Shown here in pieces: positions 27,677 through 38,628 of a stretch of 64,000 bases of DNA. Location of the stretch: the IMG/VR virus record IMGVR_UViG_3300037067_013648. One strand, written 5' to 3'. The notes under the pieces are model-generated. The model did not search any database. It was not told the origin of the DNA and saw only the letters and a program-made list of their open reading frames with translations. Each line of letters opens with the position of its first letter. Position 1 is the first letter of the stretch. This stretch comes from an uncultured virus (IMG/VR IMGVR_UViG_3300037067_013648). Lineage: Duplodnaviria > Heunggongvirae > Uroviricota > Caudoviricetes. The position numbers and the translations under genes are program-made.

Positions 27677-30600
27677 ATGTCTGCACTATTACTTCAAATT
27701 AATTTGGATCTTCAAGCAGGATCATCTTTAAATATATTGAATACTATAGAATCTAGTGTTGATAAAATAGTTGGTAAATTACAACAGTTTAGTAATTTTT
27801 TTAAAGGTAATCCTATAAATGTAGTAACACCACAACAATTAGATATTGTTAATAATTTAGCAAATACTATTAAACTTGTTGATAATATAGGATTATCAAT
27901 TAATAATAATAATATAGAAGAAGTAGCACGTAGAAAACAATTATTAGATATGCATATAGCTCAGGCCAATATTTTAAAGAAAAGTGTCGAAACTGTCCAA
28001 GGTTTAAATGATGCTTTTAAGAAACAACAAGGATATAATGAACAATTTGAAGATTTTCATGATAAATCTAAAAAGTATTATGAAAAGAATAAAAAAGATT
28101 TAAATTTTATTTTGAAACATAAAGTTAGTATGATTAATTTAACTAAATCAGAAGTTAAAGAATTTAACAGTTTTGTAAAGTCTCTAAAGCTTGCTGCTGA
28201 ATTGGGTGGTGTACACGTTAAACAGCTTGGCGAAGCCGGTAAAAATGCTAAAGAATTATATCATGCAATGTCTAATGTTGAAGTAAATATTGTTAATCAA
28301 GTATCGTTATGGAATCAAATTAGCAATGCTGTAAGAAAAATAATTGGAATTATTCCTGGTATTGGAATATTAATAGCTGTTTTAGATAATCCATTATCTG
28401 TTATAAAGCAATCACTTGAAGAAATGAAAGATTTATGGGCTAAAAATAATAAAGTATCAAATAATTTTTTATTTGGGGCAGAAGGACAATCTAATAGGCT
28501 TGGCCAATCATTATTTGAAACTATGCAAAATATCAGTAGCGCTGGTGGCGCTATGAGAGAAGAATTTAAAGAATTCGGTGTAGATATTGGCGATAATATT
28601 ATTACAATGGATCAGACTAGAAAAGCTGTTGATGCTGTATTAGCTTCAAGTCATAAAGGTATTATACAAAATAATAAACAACTTGGGATATATGCATCGT
28701 TAACTGCTCAAACTGCTAGAGCCACTGGTTTAGCTGATTCTGCTGTTGCTGATTTAATTTTAAAGTATAGTATGTTATCTGATACAATTGGCGGTATAAA
28801 AGATCCAAATATAAGAATGAAACAATCTGCTGTCCTTACTAACACTCTTGTTAATGTAACTGCTAAATATAGCTTTAGTGTTGAAGAAACTGCTACTGTT
28901 GTATCATTACTTAATAAAAATATGATGTTTTTAAATAAAAATTTTAAAGTTGATTCTGAATTAGCTAAATTAGGCATTACATCAGCTAGTGCATTTGCTG
29001 GAACTTTATCTGCTTTAGGTGATGCAGCTAAGAAAGCTGGACATGACTCAAGAGTAGCAATGGAGGCATTTTCGTCTGGTATTGAAGATCCATTAGGAAA
29101 TATTTTATTATTACAAGATGCTGTTAATAGTACTGATCCAACAGAACAAATGCTAGCAATGGGCAAAAATGCTGCAGATTGGGCAGCTATAATTGAAGAT
29201 AATCCAATGTTACGTGGACAAGCTAGACAAATGTTTGGTAAGAGTTATGAAGAACTTACAGCAATGAGAGATGCATATACAGAGCTTAATAAAACTGCTG
29301 CTAAAAATGCTGATGGTTCAATTGATATGATTGCATTACAGAAAAAATTAGCCGATGAACAGACAGCTAATGAAGCTAAAACTGCAGCAAATTCTGATGC
29401 CAATAATAAATTAACTGAAGCATTAGATAAACTAAGAATAATATTTGGTAGATTAGCTAGTGCAGTGCAACCATTTATTGATGGTCTTGCATATTTAATA
29501 AGTATTCCTGGTGCCCCTTATATTATTGCCTTAACAGGTGCATTTGCTGGTTTGTATACTGTTATTAAAATGGTTAGTACTATCAAATCACTTGGATCAA
29601 TATTTGGTGATGTAGCTGCTAAAGCTAAATCATTAACTACTAGTATAAAAGGTGGTGGAGGGACTGGTGCATTAGGTTCTTTTGCTACTGGAGTTAAAGA
29701 TTTTATTAATACTTTAGGAGAAATTAAAATAGTAGGAGCTATTAAAGCTGCTGCTTCTATAGCTATAGTTGGTGTTGGATTGGCTGCTGGTGTTGCTGCA
29801 CTTGGATTAGCAGCCAAATTGTTACCACCTGATAAAGCTGCACAATTAGCTGTAACTGTTGGTGGTATAGTTGCTGCTTCATGGATATTATCAAAAATGT
29901 CATCAGTAGGACCAAAGGCTATAGCTGGTGCGGCATTAGTAGCAGCAGTTGGAGTATCTTTGGCAATTGGTACTTGGGCATTAGGTAAAGCATCTGAAGG
30001 AATTACTTTAGAACAAACTGGTATCTTAGGGATAATAACTGGAGGGTTATTAATTGTAACTGGTCTATGTGCATTAATGGCACCTTTGGTACCACTTGCG
30101 ATTGTTGGTGCAGCAGGATTAGCTGTAGTTGGAGGATTATTAGCTGTTGGTATTTGGGCGATAGGTGAAGCTGTAAGTTCATTTGGTGAAGATACTATTG
30201 TTGCATTATCTAATCTTTTTGATGTTATTGCAAGTATTCCAGTTAGTGCAGGTTTGGCTTTATCTGGTATGGCATTGGGTCTTACAGCATTTGCAGCAGC
30301 ATTAACTGGTGGAGCTATATTCTCATTCTTTAGTGGTGGAATGGTTAATAATGCTATGGAAATGGCTACTGCAATGCAATTATTGTTAGACCCAATAATC
30401 AAACTTGGTAATATAGGTGATCAAGTATCTAAATCGTTTGTTTCTATAGCAGAAGGATTAAAAGTATTCGTTGAAGCTATAAATGATAGTTCAGGATGGT
30501 TCTCCTCATTCGAAGGTAAAGCTGAAAAAGTTGCATCTGCTATGCGTAAAATAGCAGCACCAATGAAAGATATGGCTGGTGGAGTTACAACAAATGTTAA

Positions 30601-30832
30601 TTCTGAAGAAATCAAGAAAGGATTAGCCTTAACTATAGAATCATCAAATAAGTCAAACAAAGAAATAGTAGATGAATTAAAAGAAATAAAGAAATTATTA
30701 GTTGGTAATACTGAAAAAGTCATTGCTGATAAGATTGATAAATCAATTGAAGTTCTTAATAAAATATTTAATGAAATGAGAATAGGTAGTGGATTTGGAT
30801 CAACCTCAGCAAATACTGATTATGCTGGGTAA
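27677..30832 (+). CDS. Tape measure protein
   Basis: 1051 aa, helical, with a long Ala/Gly/Leu hydrophobic tract; directly upstream of baseplate and tube genes. Confidence 0.8.
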   Translation: MSALLLQINLDLQAGSSLNILNTIESSVDKIVGKLQQFSNFFKGNPINVVTPQQLDIVNNLANTIKLVDNIGLSINNNNIEEVARRKQLLDMHIAQANILKKSVETVQGLNDAFKKQQGYNEQFEDFHDKSKKYYEKNKKDLNFILKHKVSMINLTKSEVKEFNSFVKSLKLAAELGGVHVKQLGEAGKNAKELYHAMSNVEVNIVNQVSLWNQISNAVRKIIGIIPGIGILIAVLDNPLSVIKQSLEEMKDLWAKNNKVSNNFLFGAEGQSNRLGQSLFETMQNISSAGGAMREEFKEFGVDIGDNIITMDQTRKAVDAVLASSHKGIIQNNKQLGIYASLTAQTARATGLADSAVADLILKYSMLSDTIGGIKDPNIRMKQSAVLTNTLVNVTAKYSFSVEETATVVSLLNKNMMFLNKNFKVDSELAKLGITSASAFAGTLSALGDAAKKAGHDSRVAMEAFSSGIEDPLGNILLLQDAVNSTDPTEQMLAMGKNAADWAAIIEDNPMLRGQARQMFGKSYEELTAMRDAYTELNKTAAKNADGSIDMIALQKKLADEQTANEAKTAANSDANNKLTEALDKLRIIFGRLASAVQPFIDGLAYLISIPGAPYIIALTGAFAGLYTVIKMVSTIKSLGSIFGDVAAKAKSLTTSIKGGGGTGALGSFATGVKDFINTLGEIKIVGAIKAAASIAIVGVGLAAGVAALGLAAKLLPPDKAAQLAVTVGGIVAASWILSKMSSVGPKAIAGAALVAAVGVSLAIGTWALGKASEGITLEQTGILGIITGGLLIVTGLCALMAPLVPLAIVGAAGLAVVGGLLAVGIWAIGEAVSSFGEDTIVALSNLFDVIASIPVSAGLALSGMALGLTAFAAALTGGAIFSFFSGGMVNNAMEMATAMQLLLDPIIKLGNIGDQVSKSFVSIAEGLKVFVEAINDSSGWFSSFEGKAEKVASAMRKIAAPMKDMAGGVTTNVNSEEIKKGLALTIESSNKSNKEIVDELKEIKKLLVGNTEKVIADKIDKSIEVLNKIFNEMRIGSGFGSTSANTDYAG

Positions 30833-30841
30833 ATATAATAT

Positions 30842-31408
30842 ATGGCTTTTATACTTGCTGAAATAGATCAAGATGCCATATCAAAAGTCAATATAACAGG
30901 TGATCCATCAGGATTTAACCTTGATAGTAGCAATATTCAATTTCCTCCAATTATAACTAAAGATAGTAAAAGTGCATCTTGGCAAACTCATGAAGCACAA
31001 TCATATGAGCCAATAGCATTCTTTAAAAGTGGCAACCCAAGAGAAATAGGATTAGAATTTCAATGGGTAATAGGTGGAGAGTGGACACCAGATAAAGTGC
31101 ATACAACCATAAGTAAAGTAAAAGGATATTTTTATACTGCATATAAAGGAAGCGCATTAAAAGAATACCCAGCAGTAATAATAACTAATTTATATAATAT
31201 AATAACTCAAAAAACAACTTGGAGAATGGATAGTGTAAACATAACTTATAGTCCAGAATTAATAAAACTTGATGGCGCATGGTACCCATTACATGTAAAA
31301 ATGGCAATGAATTTATTATCAGCAACAAGACTGGCTGGAGAATCAGATAAAACACCAATGCAAAAAATAACAAAGCTAGAATCAAAACCAGAATTAGGAT
31401 GGTATTAA
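30842..31408 (+). CDS. Tail-tube initiator / baseplate protein
   Basis: DSKSASWQT...EPIAFFKSGNPREIGLEF...MDSVNITYS pattern of contractile-tail tube-like proteins; synteny. Confidence 0.65.
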   Translation: MAFILAEIDQDAISKVNITGDPSGFNLDSSNIQFPPIITKDSKSASWQTHEAQSYEPIAFFKSGNPREIGLEFQWVIGGEWTPDKVHTTISKVKGYFYTAYKGSALKEYPAVIITNLYNIITQKTTWRMDSVNITYSPELIKLDGAWYPLHVKMAMNLLSATRLAGESDKTPMQKITKLESKPELGWY

Positions 31409-31410
31409 TT

Positions 31411-31716
31411 ATGCCATTAAGTTATAGTAGATTTAAATATACACCACTAGTAAAAACTAGAAATGGTTCAGAAACATATGGGTTAATGTCAGGATTTGAT
31501 GCACTAAAAAACATGACAGGAGAACAGTATGAAAACTGGACAGTAACAAATCAATATGAAGGACGACCAGATTTAATAGCAAATTCATTTTATCACTTGT
31601 CATATTATGACTTCGTAATAATAATAGCAAATAGACCAAAAAATCCATTGAACTGGCCAAAAACAGGAGACATCATAAAAATACCTAATATAGATTTTGT
31701 AAGGACATTAATCTAA
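31411..31716 (+). CDS. Baseplate wedge protein, gp53/LysM-like
   Basis: YEGRPDLIANSFY...IIIAN...GDIIKIP. Confidence 0.8.
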   Translation: MPLSYSRFKYTPLVKTRNGSETYGLMSGFDALKNMTGEQYENWTVTNQYEGRPDLIANSFYHLSYYDFVIIIANRPKNPLNWPKTGDIIKIPNIDFVRTLI

Positions 31717-32213
31717 TGCCAGGATTTAAAATATCAGATGAAGATGGTAATGGACCAAATTCAAAAGAAGAAACATTTCGTGACCACAGATTCATATTAG
31801 ACACATTTCTTGGAAATCCAGGAAATCAACCACCATTTAACCTATTAAAAAACGTAGACTTACCAGAAAGACTAATAGAAGAATTACAAATAAAAACACC
31901 AGGAGCAACATATAATTTTTCAAAACAATTAGGATTTGGAAATGTAAAATTCATATTTTATATCCCAAATGGATTAATAGAAAAATTAGAAGAATTATTT
32001 GATAAAATAGGAAATAGTAAAACTGGCATACAAAATTTTAATAATTATATGAGCGAAATAGGATTAAGAATGGTCCATCCAGATGGAGATAAAGCATTCC
32101 TATTTAAAAACGCATACATAAGTAACATAACATATGGACAACTATCATACGGATCATCAGAAATAAAACAAGCAACAGTAACAGTAAGATTCTCATGGTA
32201 TGAGGTATCATAA
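31716..32213 (+). CDS. Tail tube-like protein (gp19/gp54 family)
   Basis: VDLPER...FLFKNAYISNITYGQLSYGSSEIKQATVTVRF. Confidence 0.75.
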   Translation: MPGFKISDEDGNGPNSKEETFRDHRFILDTFLGNPGNQPPFNLLKNVDLPERLIEELQIKTPGATYNFSKQLGFGNVKFIFYIPNGLIEKLEELFDKIGNSKTGIQNFNNYMSEIGLRMVHPDGDKAFLFKNAYISNITYGQLSYGSSEIKQATVTVRFSWYEVS

Positions 32214-32215
32214 CT

Positions 32216-33454
32216 ATGGAACAAGCAGGAGCAGATGTAGAACTAATAATAAACATAGAAGATGGAGAAGATTTAAGTAACTATGTCAATAGATTCCAAT
32301 GGAAATCATTAATAAACGGAGGATACTCAATATATGCAATGTTCAACGACCCACACCTAGCAAAATTCCAAGAAATAGCAAACGAAAAATACCTAAAAGA
32401 CGCAAGAAAAAAACCAACCAAAGTAAAATGGAAACTAAAATGGAGAATAAGTGGAGATGAAACAGAAGAAAGAATAGCATACATAACCGACTTAGACGCC
32501 AACACACCAGAAGGAGGACAAACCTCCGGATACTTCCAATTCATAGCAATAGACCCACCAACATGGTACCTCAACTGGGGAGACGCCAAAGGAAAAGTAT
32601 ACAAAGGAAAAGTATCAGAAGTAATCAAAAAAATAGTATCAGACTACGCACCAGGAATAACAGTACAAGTAAGCGAAACAACCGACAATAAAGAAAACAA
32701 ATGGTGGATGATGCGACAAGACCCAAAATCATTCATAATGTCACTAGTAGACTGGTCATCATCAATAACAAACCAAAAAACACAATGGGTAATAGCAAGC
32801 GTAGACGAAAAAATAATAATAAAAGAACAAGCAGAATTACCAAACGGATCATTCGGAGACTACACAGTAAACTCAAACGCACCAGGAGCACAAAACGTAA
32901 TATCATGGAAAATGTTAGAAAACAACTACCTAACAAACATACAAACCGTAATATCAACATCAGGAATAAGCGCAGTATCAGGACTATACTGCGATAGAAA
33001 CAACGACATAACCAAAGACAAAGTAAAAATAAACGACTCAAGAACAAACAACAAACTAAACGTAAACCTACAACAAGACCAAAGCTTCACAAAACCAACC
33101 GACGAAAGCCGTGGTTGGACACACATAATGGCAATACCAGAACACAGCGCAGGAGAAATAGGGATAAAATATCAAGAATATATCGATGGGCGAGCACGAG
33201 CAATGTTCCTAAATATGTTAGGAGGATTAAACAGAATAAAACTAAAAGTAATAGGAAATCACAAAATACATGACAGTAGTAACTTAGGAGGATATACAGT
33301 AAATCTGACATGGGTAGATGTAAATGGAGCACCATATAGTGCGAACGGCAAATGGCTTGTATACGGGTTTGAGCATACAATGTTTCCGGGGTTATGGACT
33401 ACAGACATATATTTATATAGGAACGATTATGATGCATCTGCTCAAAAGCGTTAA
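32216..33454 (+). CDS. Baseplate hub protein (gp27/GpD-like)
   Basis: YKGKVSEVIKKIV, KVIGN and GKWLVYGFEH; synteny. Confidence 0.65.
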   Translation: MEQAGADVELIINIEDGEDLSNYVNRFQWKSLINGGYSIYAMFNDPHLAKFQEIANEKYLKDARKKPTKVKWKLKWRISGDETEERIAYITDLDANTPEGGQTSGYFQFIAIDPPTWYLNWGDAKGKVYKGKVSEVIKKIVSDYAPGITVQVSETTDNKENKWWMMRQDPKSFIMSLVDWSSSITNQKTQWVIASVDEKIIIKEQAELPNGSFGDYTVNSNAPGAQNVISWKMLENNYLTNIQTVISTSGISAVSGLYCDRNNDITKDKVKINDSRTNNKLNVNLQQDQSFTKPTDESRGWTHIMAIPEHSAGEIGIKYQEYIDGRARAMFLNMLGGLNRIKLKVIGNHKIHDSSNLGGYTVNLTWVDVNGAPYSANGKWLVYGFEHTMFPGLWTTDIYLYRNDYDASAQKR

Positions 33455-33466
33455 GTATTTTAATAA

Positions 33467-34453
33467 TTGATGGCTAGTATAAGAACTTATGAAAAATGTG
33501 GTTTTTCATCAGAAAAAGAATTAGCTGATTATATAAAATTACAAAATGAATTAGGTAAAGATTTACGTCAATTGCAAAATGAATTACATATTGGGTATTC
33601 ATCAATACGTAGAACTATTAATAAATTTAAAATAAAAACAATTGTAGGACATGGATACTTAAATCATGGATTTAAAACTGAACAAGAATTTATTGATCAT
33701 TTAAATAAATTATATAAAACAAATACTATGCCAGAAATAGCTATAAAATTAGGTGTAAGTACAAATACAGTACAAAATCATTATTTTCCAAAATTTAAAA
33801 TAAAGAAAAGAAAATTTAATGAATCATTATTTTTAAAAACAAAACCAGCTAATCTTACAAAAATTGAATCAGAAATAATAAATGGAATGCTTCTTGGAGA
33901 TGGTAGTTTATATATTAATAAAAAATTTAAATTTAAAAATGCAGTTTTATTATATACATGTCACTACGTTGAAGTTTTAGATGATATAAGATATAATTTA
34001 TTGAAAAAACTTGGATGGCATTTTAAAATAGTTTCACGTTTTGATAAGAGAACTAATAAAATATATACTAATTATACTATATGTTCACGATCTTTCCCAG
34101 AATTAACTGAATTAAAAAAGAAATGGTATCCTAATGGTATAAAAATTATTCCAAAAAATATAATATTAACACCAGAAACATGTTACTGGTGGTATCTTGG
34201 TGACGGATCATCAGGAAATAGCAGCCTAATACTTTGTACAAATGGATTTACTGAAAAAGATGTAAAATTCATAGCTAATAAAATACCTGTCGAATGTGCT
34301 GTATATACAACTCAAGGTCCAATGATTAATATTATAAAAAGAAAAGAAAGAAGAAAATTTTTAGACTTTATCGGACCATGCAGACATAAATGTTATTCAA
34401 AAAGATGGATAATTAATGATAAATATATGAAACCAGATAAAAATTTTAATTAA
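33467..34453 (+). CDS. Free-standing LAGLIDADG homing endonuclease with N-terminal HTHs
   Basis: IINGMLLGDGSL and WWYLGDGS..LCTNGFT. Confidence 0.9.
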   Translation: MMASIRTYEKCGFSSEKELADYIKLQNELGKDLRQLQNELHIGYSSIRRTINKFKIKTIVGHGYLNHGFKTEQEFIDHLNKLYKTNTMPEIAIKLGVSTNTVQNHYFPKFKIKKRKFNESLFLKTKPANLTKIESEIINGMLLGDGSLYINKKFKFKNAVLLYTCHYVEVLDDIRYNLLKKLGWHFKIVSRFDKRTNKIYTNYTICSRSFPELTELKKKWYPNGIKIIPKNIILTPETCYWWYLGDGSSGNSSLILCTNGFTEKDVKFIANKIPVECAVYTTQGPMINIIKRKERRKFLDFIGPCRHKCYSKRWIINDKYMKPDKNFN

Positions 34454-34495
34454 TTCTTTGTGTACCAACTAAATTAAGAATTGGTACACAAAGAA
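34454..34495. terminator. 15-bp perfect inverted repeat (terminator or DNA hairpin)
   Basis: ttctttgtgtaccaa-N12-ttggtacacaaagaa. Confidence 0.7.
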
Positions 34496-34729
34496 ATTTA
34501 GTCATTATAATCCAATTATTTTTCTGAATTCATTTTCATTATCAATACTGTTGAATTTTTTAATAAAAGATTGACATTTTTCATAATTGTTTTTATTTAA
34601 TAATATTTCAACTGAATTTATATACTACTGCAATTATTTTTGAATGCAGAATGTACTACACTATGGGCTGCAGCCTGCATTACACCGTATGTTAATATAT
34701 TTATTAATATTATTAATAACTTATAAAAA

Positions 34730-36556
34730 TTGATAATGGTTCGTTACACCACTGAAGAATTCATTAAAAAAGCCAAATTAATACATGGAGATAAGTACGA
34801 CTACTCGTTAGTAAATTATACTAATTGTTATACTAAAGTTAAAATAATATGTAAAATTCATGGAGAATTTGAACAAATACCTAGTGATCATTTATCAGGG
34901 AAAGGATGCAATAAATGTTATGGAAGTGTTAAATCAACAACTGAAGAATTTACCAGAAAAGCTAAATTAGTACATGGTGATAAATATAATTATTCATTAG
35001 TAAACTATACAGGAAATAAAATAAAAGTTAAAATAATATGTAAAAAACATGGAGAATTTGAACAATCTCCAGCTAAACATTTGGCTGGACAAAATTGTAT
35101 AAAATGCATTAATGAAAAATCAAGTAAGAAATATTCTTCTACTATTGAAGAGTTTATACAAAAAGCTAAATTGGTACATGGTGATAAATATGATTATTCA
35201 TTAGTAAACTATGTAGGATCAGTAATTAAAGTTAAAATTATTTGTCCAATTCATGGAAAATTTGAACAAAGACCAGATAAACATTTGTATGGTCAAGGAT
35301 GCCAAGAATGCTATGGTAAGAAAAAATTTACATTAAATAAATTTATAGAAAAAGCTAAATTAATTCATGGTGATAAATATAATTATTCAAAAGTTGAATA
35401 TAAAAATATTTTTATAAAAATAAAAATTATATGTCCTATTCATGGCGAATTTGAACAAGCTCCAGTTAATCATTTAAAAGGTTATGGATGTGTTAAATGT
35501 TCACCATATGCAAAATTGACTAATTTTGTTGATAGAGCTAAACTAATACATGGTAATAAATATAATTATTCATTAGTAAATTATGTAAATAATAAAACAA
35601 AAGTTAGAATTATATGTCCAATTCATGGAGAATTTAAACAAAAACCTTACCATCATTTAAATAAATTTGGATGTCAAAAATGTTTTTATGATAATGATGT
35701 TTCTGTTGCTCATCATGAAATAATTGATTATTTAAAACAATTTAAAATTAATAATATTTTAATTAATGATCATGAACTTATAAAACCTAATGAATTAGAT
35801 ATTTATTTGCCTGATACTAATGTCGCAATAGAATATAATGGGGTTTATTACCATAGTTATAATAAATTAGAATCATTTAAAGAAAAATACAAGCATTATA
35901 ATAAAACATCAAATTGTTTTGATAAAGGAATTAAATTAATACAAATTTTTGAAAATGAATGGCTGGAAAAGCAAGAAATAGTAAAATCGATATTATTATA
36001 TAAAATTAATAATTATAATGATAAAATTTATGCTAAAAATTGTGAAATAAAATTATTGAATAATAAAGAATTTAATGATTTTTGTAGTCAAAATCATATT
36101 AAAGGAAAAATAAATTCAGTTTATAAATATGGTTTATTATATAATAATAAAATAGTTCAAATAATTGGGTTTAATAAGTGTAATAAATATGATTATGAAT
36201 GCGTTAGGTTGTGTTCTAGTTTAAGAACATTAGTAGTTGGTGGTGTTAGTAAATTATTAAAATATTTTATTAATAATATAAAGCCAAAATCTATTATATC
36301 ATATGTAGACAGACGTTATTTTGATGGGAATGTTTATAAAAAATTAGGTTTTGAATTAGTTGAAATAACTGATCCTGAATATTTTTATGTTAAAAATAAA
36401 AATTTGTTTTTGTGTCGACAATTTCAAAAGAATAAACTTAAAAATAAATTGAAAGAATTTAATAGTAATTTATCTGAAGCTCAGAATATGTTTAATAATA
36501 ATTATAGAAGAATTTGGGATGCTGGATATTTGAAGTTTGTTTTAAAAATTTATTAA
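34730..36556 (+). CDS. Hef-like homing endonuclease (paralog of 735..2441)
   Basis: Five HGDKYxYS Zn-ribbon repeats; ELDIYLPDTNVAIEYNGVYYHS; C-terminal ISYVDRRYFDGNVYKKLGF. Confidence 0.85.
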   Translation: MIMVRYTTEEFIKKAKLIHGDKYDYSLVNYTNCYTKVKIICKIHGEFEQIPSDHLSGKGCNKCYGSVKSTTEEFTRKAKLVHGDKYNYSLVNYTGNKIKVKIICKKHGEFEQSPAKHLAGQNCIKCINEKSSKKYSSTIEEFIQKAKLVHGDKYDYSLVNYVGSVIKVKIICPIHGKFEQRPDKHLYGQGCQECYGKKKFTLNKFIEKAKLIHGDKYNYSKVEYKNIFIKIKIICPIHGEFEQAPVNHLKGYGCVKCSPYAKLTNFVDRAKLIHGNKYNYSLVNYVNNKTKVRIICPIHGEFKQKPYHHLNKFGCQKCFYDNDVSVAHHEIIDYLKQFKINNILINDHELIKPNELDIYLPDTNVAIEYNGVYYHSYNKLESFKEKYKHYNKTSNCFDKGIKLIQIFENEWLEKQEIVKSILLYKINNYNDKIYAKNCEIKLLNNKEFNDFCSQNHIKGKINSVYKYGLLYNNKIVQIIGFNKCNKYDYECVRLCSSLRTLVVGGVSKLLKYFINNIKPKSIISYVDRRYFDGNVYKKLGFELVEITDPEYFYVKNKNLFLCRQFQKNKLKNKLKEFNSNLSEAQNMFNNNYRRIWDAGYLKFVLKIY

Positions 36557-36610
36557 AAGCAAATAATTTCAAGCAAAAATATTGTATAACACCTGATAAA
36601 GGAACCTCCC

Positions 36611-37039
36611 ATGGCCGATCAACCAGCTAATGCCTCAATCTCAGTACGTCGTACAGTTCGTACACGTGTTGATGTCCCGCGCAACGCTTCAATCAAGCAA
36701 ATGGCTCAGCGGCTTGGTACCGAAGTGGTAATAGCGCCAGGTGAAGAAATCGATGCATTCTATGCATTGGCTACTGATGTTGCGGCTGCGATAGCGTCGG
36801 GAACACCTGGTCCGAATCCGGCTTGGAGATATGGGATGCCTGTTGTGCTTGAGACTCGTGAACGGGCTAGTGTTGCCGACGTCTACGCTGGCGTGGCTAG
36901 TCTCTCGTTCCCTGTTCAGATTGTTGGTACTAAGCATGATCGTTTCATCCAGAAGGATGATTCGCATCTTACTGACGATATTCAGGGTGAGGTTCGGGCT
37001 ATTGCTCCTCTTCCTCGGGGTCTTTTCCGCGCTATTTAA
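36611..37039 (+). CDS. Highly expressed probable virion protein
   Basis: GC-rich codons like the capsid gene; AAGGAA RBS; own terminator. Confidence 0.65.
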   Translation: MADQPANASISVRRTVRTRVDVPRNASIKQMAQRLGTEVVIAPGEEIDAFYALATDVAAAIASGTPGPNPAWRYGMPVVLETRERASVADVYAGVASLSFPVQIVGTKHDRFIQKDDSHLTDDIQGEVRAIAPLPRGLFRAI

Positions 37040-37065
37040 GTTTGTTGTTTGTTAGTGGTTTGTTG

Positions 37066-37102
37066 GCAGTACCGCTGGGGATTCTCAGCGGTACTGCTGT
37101 TT
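37066..37102 (+). terminator. Intrinsic terminator
   Basis: Stem gcagtaccgctg / cagcggtactgc followed by tgttt. Confidence 0.8.
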
Positions 37103-37128
37103 GAGAAAATATAAATGGGGATTTACAC

Positions 37129-37653
37129 ATGACTGTGCTTTCTACTGGTGTTTTAAGTCAGAGTCCTATTACTAATCCTAATATGTTTATTCCTTATGTT
37201 GCTGTTTTGGAGGTTAAGTTTCCTTTTGGGTATGGTAATCGTTGGGAGCGTAATAATGAGATTGAGAAGATTGCTAATGCTGCTGAGCGGAGTTTGCAGG
37301 CTTATTTAGCTGCTAATGGTTATGTTGATGAGGCTTCTAGTCCTGTTAAGTTTACTGTTGCGTTTGGTAATTTTGTCGCTAAGTTGACTATTAATGGTAA
37401 TGTTAATCGTTCTAGGGATGTTATTCCTAAGAAGCCTACTGAGGATGTGACGGTTCTTAATGCTGGTCAGGGTGTTACTGGTTATGGTTGTGTTACTGCT
37501 TCTAATAGGGTTGAGGATCCTTTTATTGTTCGTTTTGCTACTGATTTGTTTAATTCTTTGGAGTCTATTATTGCTGATGCTGATGTTATTAGTATTGAGG
37601 TTGCTGGTATTAGGTTTGGGAAGAATGGTAGGAGTTTTAATGCATTAGTTTGA
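37129..37653 (+). CDS. Hypothetical (probably structural) protein
   Basis: 174 aa; AAATATA motif upstream. Confidence 0.65.
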   Translation: MTVLSTGVLSQSPITNPNMFIPYVAVLEVKFPFGYGNRWERNNEIEKIANAAERSLQAYLAANGYVDEASSPVKFTVAFGNFVAKLTINGNVNRSRDVIPKKPTEDVTVLNAGQGVTGYGCVTASNRVEDPFIVRFATDLFNSLESIIADADVISIEVAGIRFGKNGRSFNALV

Positions 37654-37671
37654 TTTTTGTATTTTATTTTT

Positions 37672-38628
37672 ATGGATAAGTTTTCATTTACGGAAGTCCA
37701 TCGCCACTTTGGCGGGTCGATTTCTCCTTATACTGTTAGCAAGGTTTCTGGTATTCCGTTAGAGTTGGTTAGGAAGCAGATGGTTTTTGGTGTTGGTGAT
37801 AGGTGTGATTATTCTTCGTTTTTTAGGAAGTTTCATGTTTTGGATAATATTGAGTGGGATTATGTTAGGATTTCGTTGACTATTCAGGATGTGGTTTGGG
37901 GGTTGAAGAGGGAGGGTATTAAATATGCTGAGATTAAGTTTTCTATTAATAAGTATTTGAAGTTTATTAAAACTTCTATTAATGAGTTTGTTTTGTGGTT
38001 TGTTAATGAGTTTGATATTTATTCTTCTTATGTTGGGGTTACTGTTGATTTGATTTTGTCTTTGAAGCATGATATGGATAGGAAGAGTCAGGTTGATATT
38101 GGTAATTTGGTTAAGAATGATTTGATTGCTGAGTGTATTGCTGGTATTGATATTGTTGGTGATGAGAGGAAGTTTGATGTTGATTTTTATAAGCCGATTT
38201 TTGATTTATGGCATTCTGCTGGTAGGGTTTGTATGGCTCATGTTGGCGAGATTGATAAGCCTCAGCATGTTATTGATGCTATTAATATTTTGAAGGTTGA
38301 TAGGGTTTGTCATGGTATTGCTGTAGCTGGTGATAAGGAGATTGCTAAGATTTCTAGGGATAGGTTAATTTCTTTTGATGTGTGTATTTCTAGTAATTTT
38401 TGTACTGGTGTTGCTAAGCGTGGTAAGCATCCTGTTAAGGAGATGTTGAGGAATGGGTTTATTATTAATATTGGGACTGATGATCCTACTACGTTTAATT
38501 CTAATATTTGTAATGAGTTTAGGTTGTTGAAGTCTGAGTCTGGTTTGAGTGATGGTGATATTGCTTTGATTAGGGATAATACTATTAATTTTTCTGCTCA
38601 GGAGATTATTAAGAGGAAGTTGAGATGA
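37672..38628 (+). CDS. add: Adenosine/AMP deaminase-family metallohydrolase
   Basis: EVHRHFGGS (HxH), GIDIVGDE, AHVGE, RVCHG and GTDDP. Confidence 0.9.
   Translation: MDKFSFTEVHRHFGGSISPYTVSKVSGIPLELVRKQMVFGVGDRCDYSSFFRKFHVLDNIEWDYVRISLTIQDVVWGLKREGIKYAEIKFSINKYLKFIKTSINEFVLWFVNEFDIYSSYVGVTVDLILSLKHDMDRKSQVDIGNLVKNDLIAECIAGIDIVGDERKFDVDFYKPIFDLWHSAGRVCMAHVGEIDKPQHVIDAINILKVDRVCHGIAVAGDKEIAKISRDRLISFDVCISSNFCTGVAKRGKHPVKEMLRNGFIINIGTDDPTTFNSNICNEFRLLKSESGLSDGDIALIRDNTINFSAQEIIKRKLR

Noticed and set aside
34500..34700. Minus-strand gene between the two endonucleases
   Set aside because: Only a ~39-codon open stretch with no convincing start or RBS; at most a fragment
33467..36556. Group I intron or intein hosting the LAGLIDADG and Hef-like genes
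   Set aside because: The flanking genes end and start cleanly with their own stop, RBS and promoter motifs; no split host gene is apparent
37129..38628. Adenosine deaminase as the cause of local A depletion
   Set aside because: This family acts on free nucleosides or nucleotides, and the same skew occurs at 11.3-13.5 kb far from the gene; the co-location is probably coincidental
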